Below the pieces are notes generated by a model. The model was not told the DNA's origin. It saw only the letters and a list, made by a program, of their open reading frames with translations, and made no database searches. The position numbers were made by a program, and so were the translations under genes. DNA of 63,993 bases, the filler included, from Porpidia crustulata (taxonomy: Eukaryota): assembly GCA_964255105.1 (NCBI GenBank). It is 10 parts of 10 records of this genome, joined end to end, with 100 filler letters (N's around TTAATTAATTAA, not from the genome) between each part and the next. Parts side by side here need not be neighbours in the genome. Positions count along the whole stretch, not along the records: positions 45,059 to 51,385 come from CAXUWE010001571.1; positions 51,486 to 57,808 come from CAXUWE010001572.1; positions 57,909 to 63,993 come from CAXUWE010001636.1; 7 more parts are not named here. One strand, given 5' to 3'. Below are positions 51,142-63,800 of this stretch, piece by piece (within the stretch, counting starts at the first letter, position 1; each line of letters starts with the position of its first letter).

Positions 51142-54100
51142 GAATGATGTTGACTACGTAGAGGAGAGAGATGTTGGCAATTTCCAATGTTCCTTAGTAA
51201 AAAAAACCAGGTTTTAAAACATGGTGTGCACACAGTACTGATACGGTTGCTCGTAAACTATGCGATTCAAATACTTATCGCGCGGAATAGTTCTACTTGT
51301 AAGAGTATGGGTCATAAGTCATGCATAGAGGGAGTTATTATTTGTTTACGTTTTGCTAGTAATTTTAAACCCGAAAGCCTATGTTNNNNNNNNNNNNNNN
51401 NNNNNNNNNNNNNNNNNNNNNNNNNNNNNTTAATTAATTAANNNNNNNNNNNNNNNNNNNNNNNNNNNNNNNNNNNNNNNNNNNNTGTTGGCACAGAAGT
51501 CACGATATGACCGACAGGAGGAGAAGTGCTTGACGGTTGCCGAACAATTCATGGTTTCGTGCAATTCGAACCCTCGAGATCTGCACGTGAGCACGGGGCG
51601 TGGCTGAATGCGGCTAGTCTACCCCGCCTCGCACCAATTGCGGCCCAGAGCGCTCCAGCGAATCTAATGCAAGAGAACGGTCGGACGTGTGATTGGTTAG
51701 ACTCGGATATGGCCGAGGTGATGACTGTGTGAAGATCTGTTAAAACGCTGTAAATCTGGGGTTGGGCGAGAAGGCAGTCCCGCGGGTCCCTCACGGAGTT
51801 TTCCAACTAAGTTCTAGCCTAGCTGGATCCCTCGTGCCTGGACAGATGTGCAATGTCAGTGTTCTCTCTCTATACCGTTCCATTGTCACGACAATGCCAA
51901 GAGTGTTGTGGATAATCTTATCACCTTGGTCGCCATCAGGGATCATCGATGCAGGATGTTCATGAACTGTTATTCCTGTCCAAGCGTCTGTCTCCTCAAT
52001 GTCCCCGGCGGAATGAGGTTACATTTTCGTATTGATCTCGAATTCGTGTTGCATTATTGGTCAGCCGGGCGGGCGCAAATTGACCACTCAAATTGCTCTC
52101 TCTACCTGGCCACGCTGCAAGGTCACCCACACCTGCGCACCGGCCTCAACTAAGGTAGACCCTCACGACCCTCTAATCATCGCCTTCCAGAAGTACCTAG
52201 CGAGAAGTGGCGCCTTAGTTCGGAACGTAGCCTGTATCAGCTTGATGCTCGAACCTAACGCTCTACAGCTCAATCCAGTATCGGGCTAAAGATTAATATC
52301 GGCAAGATCGGTACAGACACAGAGGGCTTTGACCTTGCTTCCTGGCTCAACAGAAACACATGGTCGACGGAGGTCGGGTTGACGGACGGCCCTGACCCAG
52401 TACCCACGACGGTGGGATTTCAACCCCGGCTATTATGAGATGATTACTGGCTGGTCGAATTGTCAAGATGTCGTCTAACACTTGATAGTTCGCCTGAGGA
52501 AGGAAAGTCACGCGACATCACAATTCGCCGCACACGGCGCTACAGTGACTAGATTACGAAAATCCACCAACATCACGTTTGCACAAATTAAAACTCTGGT
52601 CACGGCACTCTCTCAGGATTTCACCCTCGACTGGGCAACTTCGTCAGGATGAGCGAGTCGCATCTGATCATTCGAGTAAGCTTTATTGAGACCGATATCG
52701 AGACTTGAGCCTGGGCAATGGGGGGCAATTCGTATTTCGCAGTCTGGATTGGTTCTTACCAGGCGCCGGGTACCACGTCGAAGGCGTGAGCTCGTGATGA
52801 TCGTGCCTTTATTATTCGTACCCGCAATTATTCCATAAACGTCTATTCCAGCCTCCGCTACGCTGTCGAGGGATCACGATCCTATCCCCTGATAATCCCA
52901 GCCGTTCGGAATGAGATCCGTGGAGTCTTTCCCTTTCCCCTTCCTCTCCCAATATCAAGCAAGTGACTACCTTACTTGTGCGCCCGTACGCGGGGTGCAG
53001 CAGCTTTTGTCAACCATGTTCACAAATCAAACTACTTCCATTACCCGGCTCTGTTGAATGGACTCCGTGACATGGTCGCTTGATTGGTTGACGGTTGGCG
53101 GCAAATCGGCGAATTGAGTCGGCTGATTAGATTAGTCTCGACTCTCGAGGTCTGATCAGCCGAAATCAGCGAAATAAACGCCTCGAGGCCTCTAGTGGGG
53201 GAGTTAAATGAGCTATCGTGGACGACAGGGAATTATATCGGTCGAACTTGATGCTATATTGCCGAATCCTGTACCTTTTTTGATTACAGTTTTCCAAACC
53301 GCGTGGTTTTCATTCTAGATTATTTCCGGTAAACTAGCAGGACTTTTAACCTCAATGTAGTTGTCAAAATAGGTACGATCCAAATTTCGAGGATTCCGCA
53401 AAGAACACCCGTCGAATTCTTACAGACGAATCTAGACCTCTTCCATCTGACACAATATGATGAGATTCCACACTGGCTTCTTAGATATTGAGAGCTTCTT
53501 TTCTTCTTTGTCATACCATAAGCTCGTCTAGGCTCTCACGTCAGCCTCGGCATGGCAATGCCGCTGATAACCGGACGCATCGCTTGACCAGGCAGAATCT
53601 TCCATCAGGAAGTATGGGATTGCCTTGTTGGTTCAAGCATGAATGCCGAAGTAAGCCTGCTCACTACTAAAGGAGCAATGTGAGGTAATCGGAATAAAGA
53701 TCTCGGACTCTATTGCCCTTGTTTACGCTTTACCACTCTGACACATTATGCAGGCACATGAACACAATAAGCGGCAGCATGATTCTCAACTCATTGGATT
53801 CTCGATAGTTCCTGCGTAGGGCTTGGCTACAGCTGGACCGTGCCATCGCCGTGGTAGGGAGAAGTTACGTCCAGGTCTTGATATAGGGACCTCTCTTCCA
53901 CCTTCAGCTCATTGATCTGATAATGACATCATCCTCGTAACCTCCTTTGGTGCTTGTGGTCCACCAGTCTGGATTTATCACTTGTCATTCCCACTTTTTG
54001 TTATGGTAGGAGCAATAATGGGATATACGGCGTTGCCTTGTTTCATCCGCCGTACTCAAATTCTCGCTCTGTTCACTTCTCTCGTATTCCAGATCCTGAT

Positions 54101-54771
54101 GACCTCGATCCGGAAATAACCACCCATATTGAATAGCTTTGCAGCTTTCTGCAAGGGAAAGCCGATATGGTGATTAAACTTCATTTCCGTCTCAACCTTT
54201 CCTATCTTGGTCTTACTCTTATTGTCCATATTCGATGAAAGGATAATGTAACATCAAGGTACTGACATACCAAAACAAATGGTGTTGTCGAGATTGAATA
54301 TGACCGAGTATAGTAGCAAGTACCAATGGACATTTTACCCTTTCTTGGCTTCCTATATCTGGATGGTTTCATTGTGATTTTACTGAGAGATAGTGCATTT
54401 GGTGACACTGGCAATGAATGGAAAGACGAGTTTGAATACCCCAGAAATGTCACTCATGCTTGATGATATCCGACCTGTCCATAAGTAATCGACATTGAGA
54501 GCGACTTCTCCCACTTCTCTACAAACCACTGAAGAGGTCGTACGGCGTACCTCTTGCCACTTTGTTTCATCGGATTATTTGAGCGTCAACATCCTCTCCA
54601 TTATAATGTATGGCCTCAAGATCAAAACCGATTCCTCCGCAAAAAAAAGGTATCAACCGTGAGTATTTCGCCAGGTTATAGCGCCCCTCAAGAAGCCAAC
54701 AGGTTAGATTGTCAGATCCACACCCCGTGTGCCTACCAACTGGTCCAAGAATTGTCGTCTCAAACAGCGAA

Positions 54772-55769
54772 TCAAGAATTGCCCACCACCGGAGCATCCT
54801 TTTCATGTTCCAGCGGCTTTTCAACCCCTTGACCAGGTAACTCAGCTATCAATGCTCCACCCTGCTCCGTACCCCCCATTTCCGATATGCTACCCTCAGC
54901 TATCTCGCTCGGCGCGTCCAACGGCGACGAATAGAGCGGCAGTGGCTGGTCTGGCAGCTCGAACTTGGGTTCGACAGTCGCATAATCTTGTGTCTGGTGC
55001 TCGAGTTCCTTCAGGCGGCGTTTATTCATGTGATGACGTCGTAGGAGGAAGATGATGAAGGTCACAGCGCCCGCGAGAGCGAGGTCGGCAGGAACGCCAA
55101 CTCCAGCGCCAACCTGGGCCCCGAGGTTGCCAGAGGAGGCAGGTAGTGGTGTACTACTGGTGCCGGGGCTACTCGCTGAAGTCGAGTGTTCGGATTCGTT
55201 GTGCATGGTGGTAAGACTAGGTATTTTTGAAGCAAAAGACACCGCAGTCGTTGACGGCTGTGCCGATGTACTGGATGTCTGGCTTTGGATAGGTTTCAGA
55301 CCTTTCGTTGATGTAACCGAGGACTGGGAATTTGACATAGTATATCCTGCACTGAGGTTGAGAAAGTTCGCCGTATCAGAGCAGCAGTCTCCAAACGAGC
55401 CTGCGTCGCAGCACCAATTGGACGCATTTGTGCAATATAGAACACTTATAAAGCTAGAGCGACTATCTACGATAATGTCAACATGCTCGAAAGGCAAATC
55501 AAACATTTCATTGGAGATAGTCACCCGTGCAAAATTGTGGACATTGGCTTAAGCTCCATAATTTGTCGGTACAAGACTGCCTTGCATACCCATATGAGCC
55601 TGTTCCATCTTCCCCATAACAGAGCCCATTTGTGACAGTACCAACCAGCTACACAGCAGGCACTGGCGGCCACAGAGGAATTACACGGAATGCCGAAAGA
55701 GCTTGTCCCGTCAATATCATAGCAGCTCTGAGCCAAGGCGCAGGAAATCAATGAGACTAGACGGACCAT
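54772..55769 (-). pseudogene. Cys-rich Mid2-like single-pass membrane protein gene with a frameshift
   Basis: Signal peptide, CYDIDG...PC...ACC, a frameshift at ~55632 before NGLC...RQSCTDKLWS..CPQFC, then a Ser/Thr stalk, GAQVGAGVGVP TM and a ELP-repeat tail. Confidence 0.7.
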
Positions 55770-57034
55770 GGACAGAAGTTTGAGGGCCTTCAGAGCCTTC
55801 ATCCTCGTCAATCCCATTTTAAACGTTCTGAAAGTTCAGCTCAAACGTGAGAAAAATAAGTGCAAGAGGAAATCTATCAGAAAAACAGGACCAGCAAAGG
55901 AAAAGTAGACACCTTCGTTCTAACAGAGATCGACAGGATTACTCTGATAAATGGCTTCAGCGAGTAGCAGAAAAGCCATTTAAAAAGGTTTCCGAGCCTC
56001 AACGATTGGCTCTTCCTCACAGGGTACAATGCCATTCGTTTCATACTCGTACCTTGATGCAGCTATCCGTACTGCCATTTCCTCTTTCTGGTCCGGAGTG
56101 TTATTTCAGGCCACGCTCTCTACATCCACTCTTAATATCAATGACAGGGGAAGACCGTACACTAGGCAGGAGCGCAAACGTTTTTATCAGATTCGTAGTA
56201 AGAATTCTCTATCCAGAATCATTACGTCCTTATCTTTTGCATCACAGTCCCTATCAACTTATTATTCCCCCTCCTCCGGCGGAATCCAGCATTTCCAATC
56301 CCGAAAGCAGTCACGGCGACCGGCATGTATTAATTGGCCGCTTTCTCGGATGCATTCGTGACGTTCGGTGCTTCGAGCTACAACGTATCGATAGCGGTTA
56401 TGTACATATCCGCTGTCGTGCGTGCGATCACCCATGTTGAGCTGTGTGGATTTCAGTAACCTTGCTGGCGTTCCTGACCTCTCATGAGCTGCTGTCAGGG
56501 CAGACGATAGCGGGTGATCCTCCGTTTGAGCAGATCAACCATTGAAGACCTTGGGAAGACTCTTTTACTCCTCCTCGGACGTGAAATCCAGGCATAAGAC
56601 GTTCAAGAATAGCGCGAAACCTGAATTCTCTGTGGACTTTTGCAGATTTTGCCATGAAACACTCTTCTTGCACTGGATTCGACTTCTGATTATAGATTAA
56701 GAGAATCTCAACCCCTTTCGCTTACATCTGGTGATGTTTACAGCATCGAAACTTCGAATATTTATTCTTTTTCATATTTTCCCGCTTCTACATTTCTTGT
56801 CATTGTTCTAGAACACTAGGGTTTCAAGTTTTATCCCCACTTTAAGGGATTACTAAGTCTTTCAGATCATTGGCCTAATATAAGAATGGGAACAACCCTC
56901 TTGAGTTCTCTAGGAACGACATACTCCAATGCCCCTTATCAATATCCGAATATTCCAGATAACCTCAATACCCTTTCTTCCGCTAAACAACAATCTAAAC
57001 CCCAGAGCAACACTATTTCCAGGCACGACATATA

Positions 57035-57208
57035 TGTTTGTTAATATACTCGTTCCCACCCCCAAACGGTCCGCACCCCCAAACAGTCCGCCCTACCTAG
57101 GGTTAGGGCTGCAGCGTAGGGTTAGGGTTATATTGACTAATCTTAATTAGCGCGGACCGTTTGGGGGTGCGGACCGTTTGGGGGTGGGAACGAGTATATT
57201 AACAAACA
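57035..57208. mobile_element. MITE (pogo/Fot1-like) with long TIRs and internal telomeric repeats
   Basis: 57-bp inverted arms (57035-57091 / 57152-57208, one mismatch), each with two 17-bp direct repeats CACCCCCAAACGGTCCG; core contains two TAGGGTTAGGG blocks. Confidence 0.88.
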
Positions 57209-57908
57209 AAAGTCAACCGAAAGAGATAAAAATTTCAAGGATTTCACTTAACACGTGTCAACACACACATGAAAAACATCGCCAGCACAAAAAGATAGCT
57301 TCTAGACGAGATGTAGCCCTTCTCCAGAAACATTCAGTCACAATCAACCCATTTTCAAAGGTTGGACATCGAAGATATGTCATGGTACTCTGCACATTAT
57401 ATCGCATCTCTTCGCTCCGCCCGACATTTTGTATAATACAATACCACAAGAGAGGGGATGCGATGGCGCTGTTGAAACGATCATCAAAGCCATTAGAGGA
57501 CTTCTCGATAGTTATAGCCAGATCATGCGCGCAGTAAGAAAGCATCCAAAGAGCAAGAAATACATCTCGTTATTCTTCACGATACATCGGATCACACCCC
57601 TCGCTCCATCCCCTTTCTTGCTTTCTTTCTTTCTTTCTTATGAGTAGCACTCATACCAGGCTCAACACTCAATCCCAATCCCAATCCTAGTCCTTCCTCC
57701 CAACAACCACACCCTCCGCCTCCACCTCTTTTCATTTCCTCTCTAAAAAAAATAAAAACCAAAATCTTCATCATCCACCGAGATGGAATTCCAATACCTG
57801 GCTATACCNNNNNNNNNNNNNNNNNNNNNNNNNNNNNNNNNNNNNNNNNNNNTTAATTAATTAANNNNNNNNNNNNNNNNNNNNNNNNNNNNNNNNNNNN
57901 NNNNNNNN

Positions 57909-57967
57909 GAGAGGGTGTGGATTGCGGTGTTGAGGCGGCGGCGTTTGAGGGGTGGAGGGGGAGACAT
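57909..57967 (-). CDS. N-terminus of a possible Sfr1/Mei5-like recombination protein (truncated)
   Basis: MSPPPLKRRRLNTAIHTL resembles the start of fungal Sfr1-type proteins; only 19 codons are visible. Confidence 0.35.
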
Positions 57968-58239
57968 GGTGGCGTAATCAGTGCCCGTGGAGTCGGGATT
58001 CTGGAAGGGCACTGGGGCATGGAAAGATTGGCATTTCTGGAACCTTGGGTTCCCGGGTTGGGTGACTGGCACACTGGAGTGACTGGCACACTGGGTGGCA
58101 TTCATTTCTGAGGGTTTGACAGCTTCGGCTTATCTTATCTTAGCGGCTGATGACAGCAGTCTAGCTCTCAAGACAGCCCCCCACATTCCAGCGAATTCGT
58201 GTCATTAAATCTCGAAAATAATCCAATTGAGTTCTCACC

Positions 58240-58801
58240 ATGTCCACACGTATTCCTACGTCCACTTCAATCACCGAGTCCGCGGTCATCGCCGCACCAC
58301 TCTCCCACGTCTGGCACCTCATCAAGCTTCAAGATTTTCATATTTTCTGGAGTAAACTTGAAAATTCAGAGCATGTGAAGGGGGCAAGCCCGGAGACGGA
58401 TGTGATCAAGTGGACGTTCAAGGATGGGACAGTACAGGATGTCAAGCAGGAGGAACATTCGGTATGTTGAGCTTTTCTGGTGGACTTGTCTCTAGGCTTC
58501 CTTTTCAGGCCTTTTGACATGCAGAGCTCCCCTTGGTATTCTAAAAGCTAACACTTGCTCTGAACAGACGATCGACCACTATATAACCTACTCAGTCATT
58601 GCCTCCACTCCCGCACTGACCTACTCGAGCGTCATCTCTACCATCAGACTCTACCCCGTCACATCTGGCCCGCACGAATCTTCGACCTTCGTGCAATGGT
58701 CTGCGCACTTCTCGTCGGATGCTGATGCTGGTGTCATCGAAGACGCGAGGTTCAAGAGGAAAGAAGCCTTGGCAGATTTGGCGAACGCTTTGAAGAAATG
58801 A
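58240..58801 (+). CDS. Bet v1/SRPBCC (polyketide cyclase-like) protein, 2 exons
   Basis: ESAVIAAPLSHVWHLIK, ITYSVI, TFVQWSAHFSSDADAGVIEDARFKR. Intron ~58462-58567. Confidence 0.85.
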
Positions 58802-59339
58802 GGGATTGGTGGTCTAGGAAAGGGGTTTAGCTAGGGTCAAAAAGTTGCGGCGAAGTGCCTCCTGCTGTGTTTGCTAGCCACAGGCATGTCAATTGTATCT
58901 TTCGGTCTCTCTATCAGTCACAGCCTTTGGTAGGCCTGATATTAGGGACACTGCATACGACAGTCTTTGATATATGACATGTGGGTCGTGACTACTCGGA
59001 TTATGGGCATGCTAGAAAAGATGGGATATTGCGTGGCTAACTGGCGCACTGCCTAAGAAAGCCTTGGTAAATGTGGGTAGTTGAAAGCCGACTGCAATAG
59101 TGGAAAATTCCTAGAATAGATGCGTCGTCCCAACATTCTCGTGAAGCTACAATTATGTGAGGTGATTCGGCACAATGGACGAATTGAACTTTCTACCTCC
59201 CGGCAATTCGGGTCAATAACAACCGAGAGGATAACCCCCACATGACACTACGTCTTCAAATGGCAATAAAAACCCAGGATAATATAAATAACACTATGTA
59301 TTTCAATTACCTGTTGCCAATGACTGGCCAGCCATCACA

Positions 59340-61016
59340 ATGCTCAGGACTCTCAAGTATCAGAATGCGCAATTCTATGGGAAAGCTTTGTATAAACAGT
59401 GCGCGCGCAGCGTGACCACTCAATCAAGTACAGTCTCCTCCCCCAAAGCTTCTGGAGATATTTCTTCCGTCTTTCCGTCTCTCTCCGGTGCCATCAGCGA
59501 GCCCCTTCCAGCCCGGTTTGCTGACCTCAAATCTCGCTTGATTAACGGTCATGAGGATCGTGTGCGTGCCAGCTGGGAGCGGCTGCTCGCTGAATTAAGA
59601 CAAGAGACGGAGATCATCCGAGCCTTGGGATCCAGTGTTGTACCAGAGATAGAGTTCGGGGACATCAATGATGTGGGAAAGAGGACGGCGTTTCGGGACG
59701 CATTACGAAAACGGGGTGTTGCTGTTGTGCGTGGAGTCGTTAGAGAGGAAGAGGCTCTGGATTGGAAGGAGTTGGTGAAGAGATATGTCAAGACTAATCC
59801 ATCGACCAAGGGCTTCCCAGCCAACAACCCTGCCGTCTACGAATTATATTGGTCGCCATCACAGATTCTTGCACGAGCTCATCCCAATCTTCTGAGAACC
59901 CAAGCTTTCCTGATGTCGCACTGGCATTCAGAGGATAAATCTGCACTGATCTCCACATCCCATCCCGTTTCGTATGCCGATAGGCTACGGATACGGCAGC
60001 CGGGTTATGCTGGGTTGGCGTTAGGACCGCAGTGTGATGCCGGAAGCGTTGAGAGATGGGAAGAAAACGGGTATGGACGGGGCGGGGTCTACGACAGAGT
60101 CTTTCAAGGCAACTGGGAGGCTTATGATCCATGGGAGAGCAGCTGTCGTCTTCCTGTAGTATCTGATATGTACAACGGATCTGGTGGGTGCTCGATGTTT
60201 CGGATGTTCCAAGGATGGCTTTCTATGAGCGAGACGGGTCCGGGAGAGGGCACCTTGATGGTCAATCCACTTCTGTCCAAGGCCACTGCTTATTCACTAT
60301 TGCGCCCATTCTTCGCCGCAATGAATACTGATAACAATGGCCCCGCTTGGCTTCAGAGTAACAATTGGAAGATGGAAAGTCCAACTTCGTCTCATCTTCA
60401 TGGTGCCATCCCTGGTGCTTGCCAGGAACTCAATCCGGTAATGCATCCGCACCTCAAGTTAGAAAGCTCCATGGTCCATGTTCCAAGAGTGAGACCAGGA
60501 GACTATGTGGCGTGGCATTGTGATAGTCAGTTGGCGTATGCTCACTTTCACAGAGACTGATTGGCTAATAATCGCCAGCTATCCACGCAGTCGATAAAAT
60601 ACATGCCGGCAGTTCGGACGCAAGTGTCATGTACATACCCGCTTGTCCATTGACAAAGGCTAATGCAGAATATCTGGTCCGGCAGAGGGAAACCTTTTTA
60701 GAAGGTAAGGAATCTCAAGAGCTTTGGGATACAGACCCTTTCCGCCCCTGCCTATCTTTTTGATGCATTCTTGAATCAGCTTCTCGGTATCTCCATGCTG
60801 ATACGACGGATAGGAACTCCTGGGCCAGACTTTCCTTCCGGCGATGGTGAAAGTCACCATATGGGCCGCCTGACTCCAAACTACTTGATGCAGAACATTA
60901 CGCCAGAAGCGCGGCAAGCAATGGGACTTGCAAAATTCCCCGCCGAAAAAAAAGGGGCTCGGGAAGGCGAGACCAAGATACTACGGATGGCAAATGAAAT
61001 CCTCGGGTTTACCTAA
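59340..61016 (+). CDS. DUF1479 (Gig2/YbiU-like) 2OG-Fe(II)-type oxidoreductase, 3 exons
   Basis: GDISSVFPSL, YELYWSPSQ, YADRLRIRQPG, CSMFRMFQGWL, PGDYVAWHCD|TIHAVD. Confidence 0.88.
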
Positions 61017-61739
61017 GGCATTTAAATTAGGGTAACTACTAGCTGTCTACATGTAGGCCAGTGCCACAACAAAGTACTTTCCCAAGGTGGGATCGAGTGG
61101 AAAATACTCACGACTGATTTGATATAATCCTCAGGAAATTTAAAGTTGCTCTGACAGTATGCTACGAAATTCTCTTCATACGTTGTTTAATGGTCGCGCT
61201 ATCCTAGAACGTTGAATGTTTGAGAACGCGATTCTTTCAAAGCTGCCAATGCATGCTTGTCTTGATGCGCAAACATTTTCATCAATTTTTCGCTTTTTGT
61301 GTCATGCTCACCTCATCTCAAAAGCCATACTTGTGTATGAGTGCATCTGATCGAACATTCAGTGACCATGATACAAGTATTATAGAGCAGATATCTTGAA
61401 AGCTGCCGGCTGTCATACGCGTAGACAATGAGGATAGATAGCTAAAGACGTAGACGTGACTTTGCTATGCTTATGACAGATAGTTAGGATCTGCTTCATT
61501 GATATAATACGCAACGGCCAACTCCATATCTAAATATGAAATATTTGGCTCCTTGATTCAAGTTCCAGACTTCTCTAATTCCACTGCACAATTTCATATT
61601 TATCAGCTATGACACCGTGAGATTGACTTACAGAACCTGAGGAACTTACTGTTCATCGTATGAATCAACTAATTCTTAAGCTCATCAGTCATTTCTGTAG
61701 CACCAGAAATTAAACACTACGCATCAGCATTAAATTGCA

Positions 61740-62813
61740 ATGCTTCCCAAACTCAGCGCAGCAGCCTGTCATGTCTCCCTCATGTTTCTCTCCGCTCGCT
61801 CGATCACTGAAAAATGTATTTCTCCCATCCACCGAGCATCCCGCGCCTCCGCCGCCCTTGTCGTATTTCCAGAGTCTTACATACCTGCTTTCCCCATATG
61901 GAGCTCCCTCTTTGCTCCCACGGAAAACCACCACTTCTTCCAACGCATGGTCACAGAGTCCGTATATGCCGACGGTGAAGAGGTCCACACGATCAGGGAA
62001 GCAGCGAAGAAGACGGGCTCGATTGTCAGCCTCGGAATCTCCGAGAGAGTGAGATGTAGCACAGCTACCCTATTTAATTCGAACTTGATTATTAGATCCG
62101 ATAATGGAATGCTCGTGCATCATCGCAAGTTGATGCCGCCCTTTTCTAAAAAATTAACGTAGAGTCCTAATGACAGCTTTGGCCTACGTGTGGCAGATAC
62201 CAAGCTCGGGAGGATTGGGACGTTGCTATGCGGCGAAAACACCAACCCGTTGGCGCGGTATGCTTTGATGGCGATGGGAGAGCAGGTACACATATCGTCC
62301 TGGCCCGCCATCTGGCCTACCAGAAAGACAAACCCCTTGAAGACATTGACCGACACGGGGACTATGCATAGTGCAAATTACAATAACGTGACCGCAAACA
62401 GGATCAGAGCTGCAGCACACTGCTTCGAGGCAAAGTGTTTTGGCATTTTATGTGCAGGACACTTAGATTCTACTACTATCGACACGATCAAGCAAATTTC
62501 AGGAGATTCCAGCTGTGTCGACACTCTAGAAAGCTCCAGTCGAGCAGGTACCATGTTTTTAGGTCCAACTGGGGCAGCGCACTCGTCCTTTACCGTTCAT
62601 CCAGAGACTGGCGTCGAGGAAGCCAAAGATCTGCTTCAAAAGGAAGAAGGGATTCTATATGCAGACTTAGATCTTGCGGACTGCATCGAAGGAAAGCAGT
62701 ATCATGACGTGGCCGGTGGATACCAGCGGCTCGACGTATTTGATCTCAAGGTCGATCGACGACGTAGAGAACCTGCTAGATTCATGGACGACGAGAATGC
62801 ACACCATCATTAG
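61740..62813 (+). pseudogene. Intronless nitrilase gene with an in-frame stop
   Basis: Glu-Lys-Cys triad motifs VFPES, HRKL and LCGENTNPLARY. TAG at 62160-62162 sits where the family has Trp (EKLTW). Confidence 0.85.
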
Positions 62814-62815
62814 CC

Positions 62816-63800
62816 TTACTCTTCGTTAACCCTCTCAACTACCTCTCGAGGCTGTGGCGGTCTAATTAACTGGACGTCCGAGTGTACTGTGCCAGACTCA
62901 TCCCCATACGGCCCCAAATCTATCCTCGTCGCATTCACCTTCTTCCAGCCCAATTTCTCGTACAGCCCTAGACCCGCCGGAGTGGCATCGATCCAGCATT
63001 CCACGCCAAGTTCATCTGCTTGCTTCAGAACCCACTCCAGCAACCTGCGGTCAATCCCTTTTCTTTGGTGTTCCGGCAACACGGTGAGGATATGCATGTA
63101 GATGTACGATTTGCCGCGCATATACGAGTGTCGAGGCTTGTACAATTCGTCCAGATGGCGCTCTCCTAGAGCAAGGTTCGCGCCCGGCGGCCATTCTACA
63201 TGTTCTCTTTTGGGTGGATTGGCAGGTTCTAAGTAAAAGTTCCACTGCGCTCCTCCGACCATGTGATGGGTCCCTGGCGTAAAAGCTTTAACAAACCTTG
63301 CGCTCGAATCAGTGATGCTTGTTTCAACCAGATTAGCTGCGCGGATCTCCGCCCGCTTTTTCTTGACATTATCCGTTGAGTCGATTGGATCGGCAGACTG
63401 AGGGAACAGGACCTTCGAGATTGCGAGTTCCTGGAATGCCTCTGCTTCGATACTGGCAAAGTCAAGGAAGTCTGCGTTCGTCAGAAAAGGGGAAATAGAA
63501 ATCGAAGAGACTTGTGGTGCTGCCGCTGCAGGACGGATCAGTATGGTATGCTCCTGAAAAATTGGTTTTCCCCACGGACTCAGGTCGACGGTCATCGTAT
63601 CAACCTTTTCGAAGCCGTGCTTCAGATAGACACTCAACCCGCCTGGTGTGGCTTCGACGTACGTGGGTAGGTGATGCGCGTCGGCGAGTGCAAGCCCAGC
63701 AGAGATGAGGTGGGAGGCAGCGCCTTTGCAACGATGATTCGGAGACGTAACGAGAGATGCTAGGACTTTGCAGAGAATAAGTATGAGGCTGCTTTGCGAA
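62816..63800 (-). CDS. Tandem double-GNAT acetyltransferase; 5' part unresolved or degenerate
   Basis: First domain end VTSPNHRCKGAAS...YVEATPGGLSVYLKHGF is in frame with a second domain LTVLPEHQRKGID...WIDATPAGLGLYEKLGW. Confidence 0.7.

Noticed and set aside
57101..57130. TTAGGG repeats as a chromosome end
   Set aside because: Only two units per block, internal to an inverted-repeat element.
57056..57190. 17-bp direct repeats as a CRISPR-like array
   Set aside because: Two adjacent copies per arm, no spacers, eukaryotic context; they are TIR sub-repeats.
6348..57908. TTAATTAATTAA recurring every ~6.4 kb
   Set aside because: Artificial N-padded linker between length-sorted contigs. ORFs ending in X...LIN and gene neighbourhoods across linkers are artefacts.
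62160..62162. Nitrilase TAG as programmed read-through or recoding
   Set aside because: Neighbouring conserved residues are also mutated, so decay is the simpler explanation.
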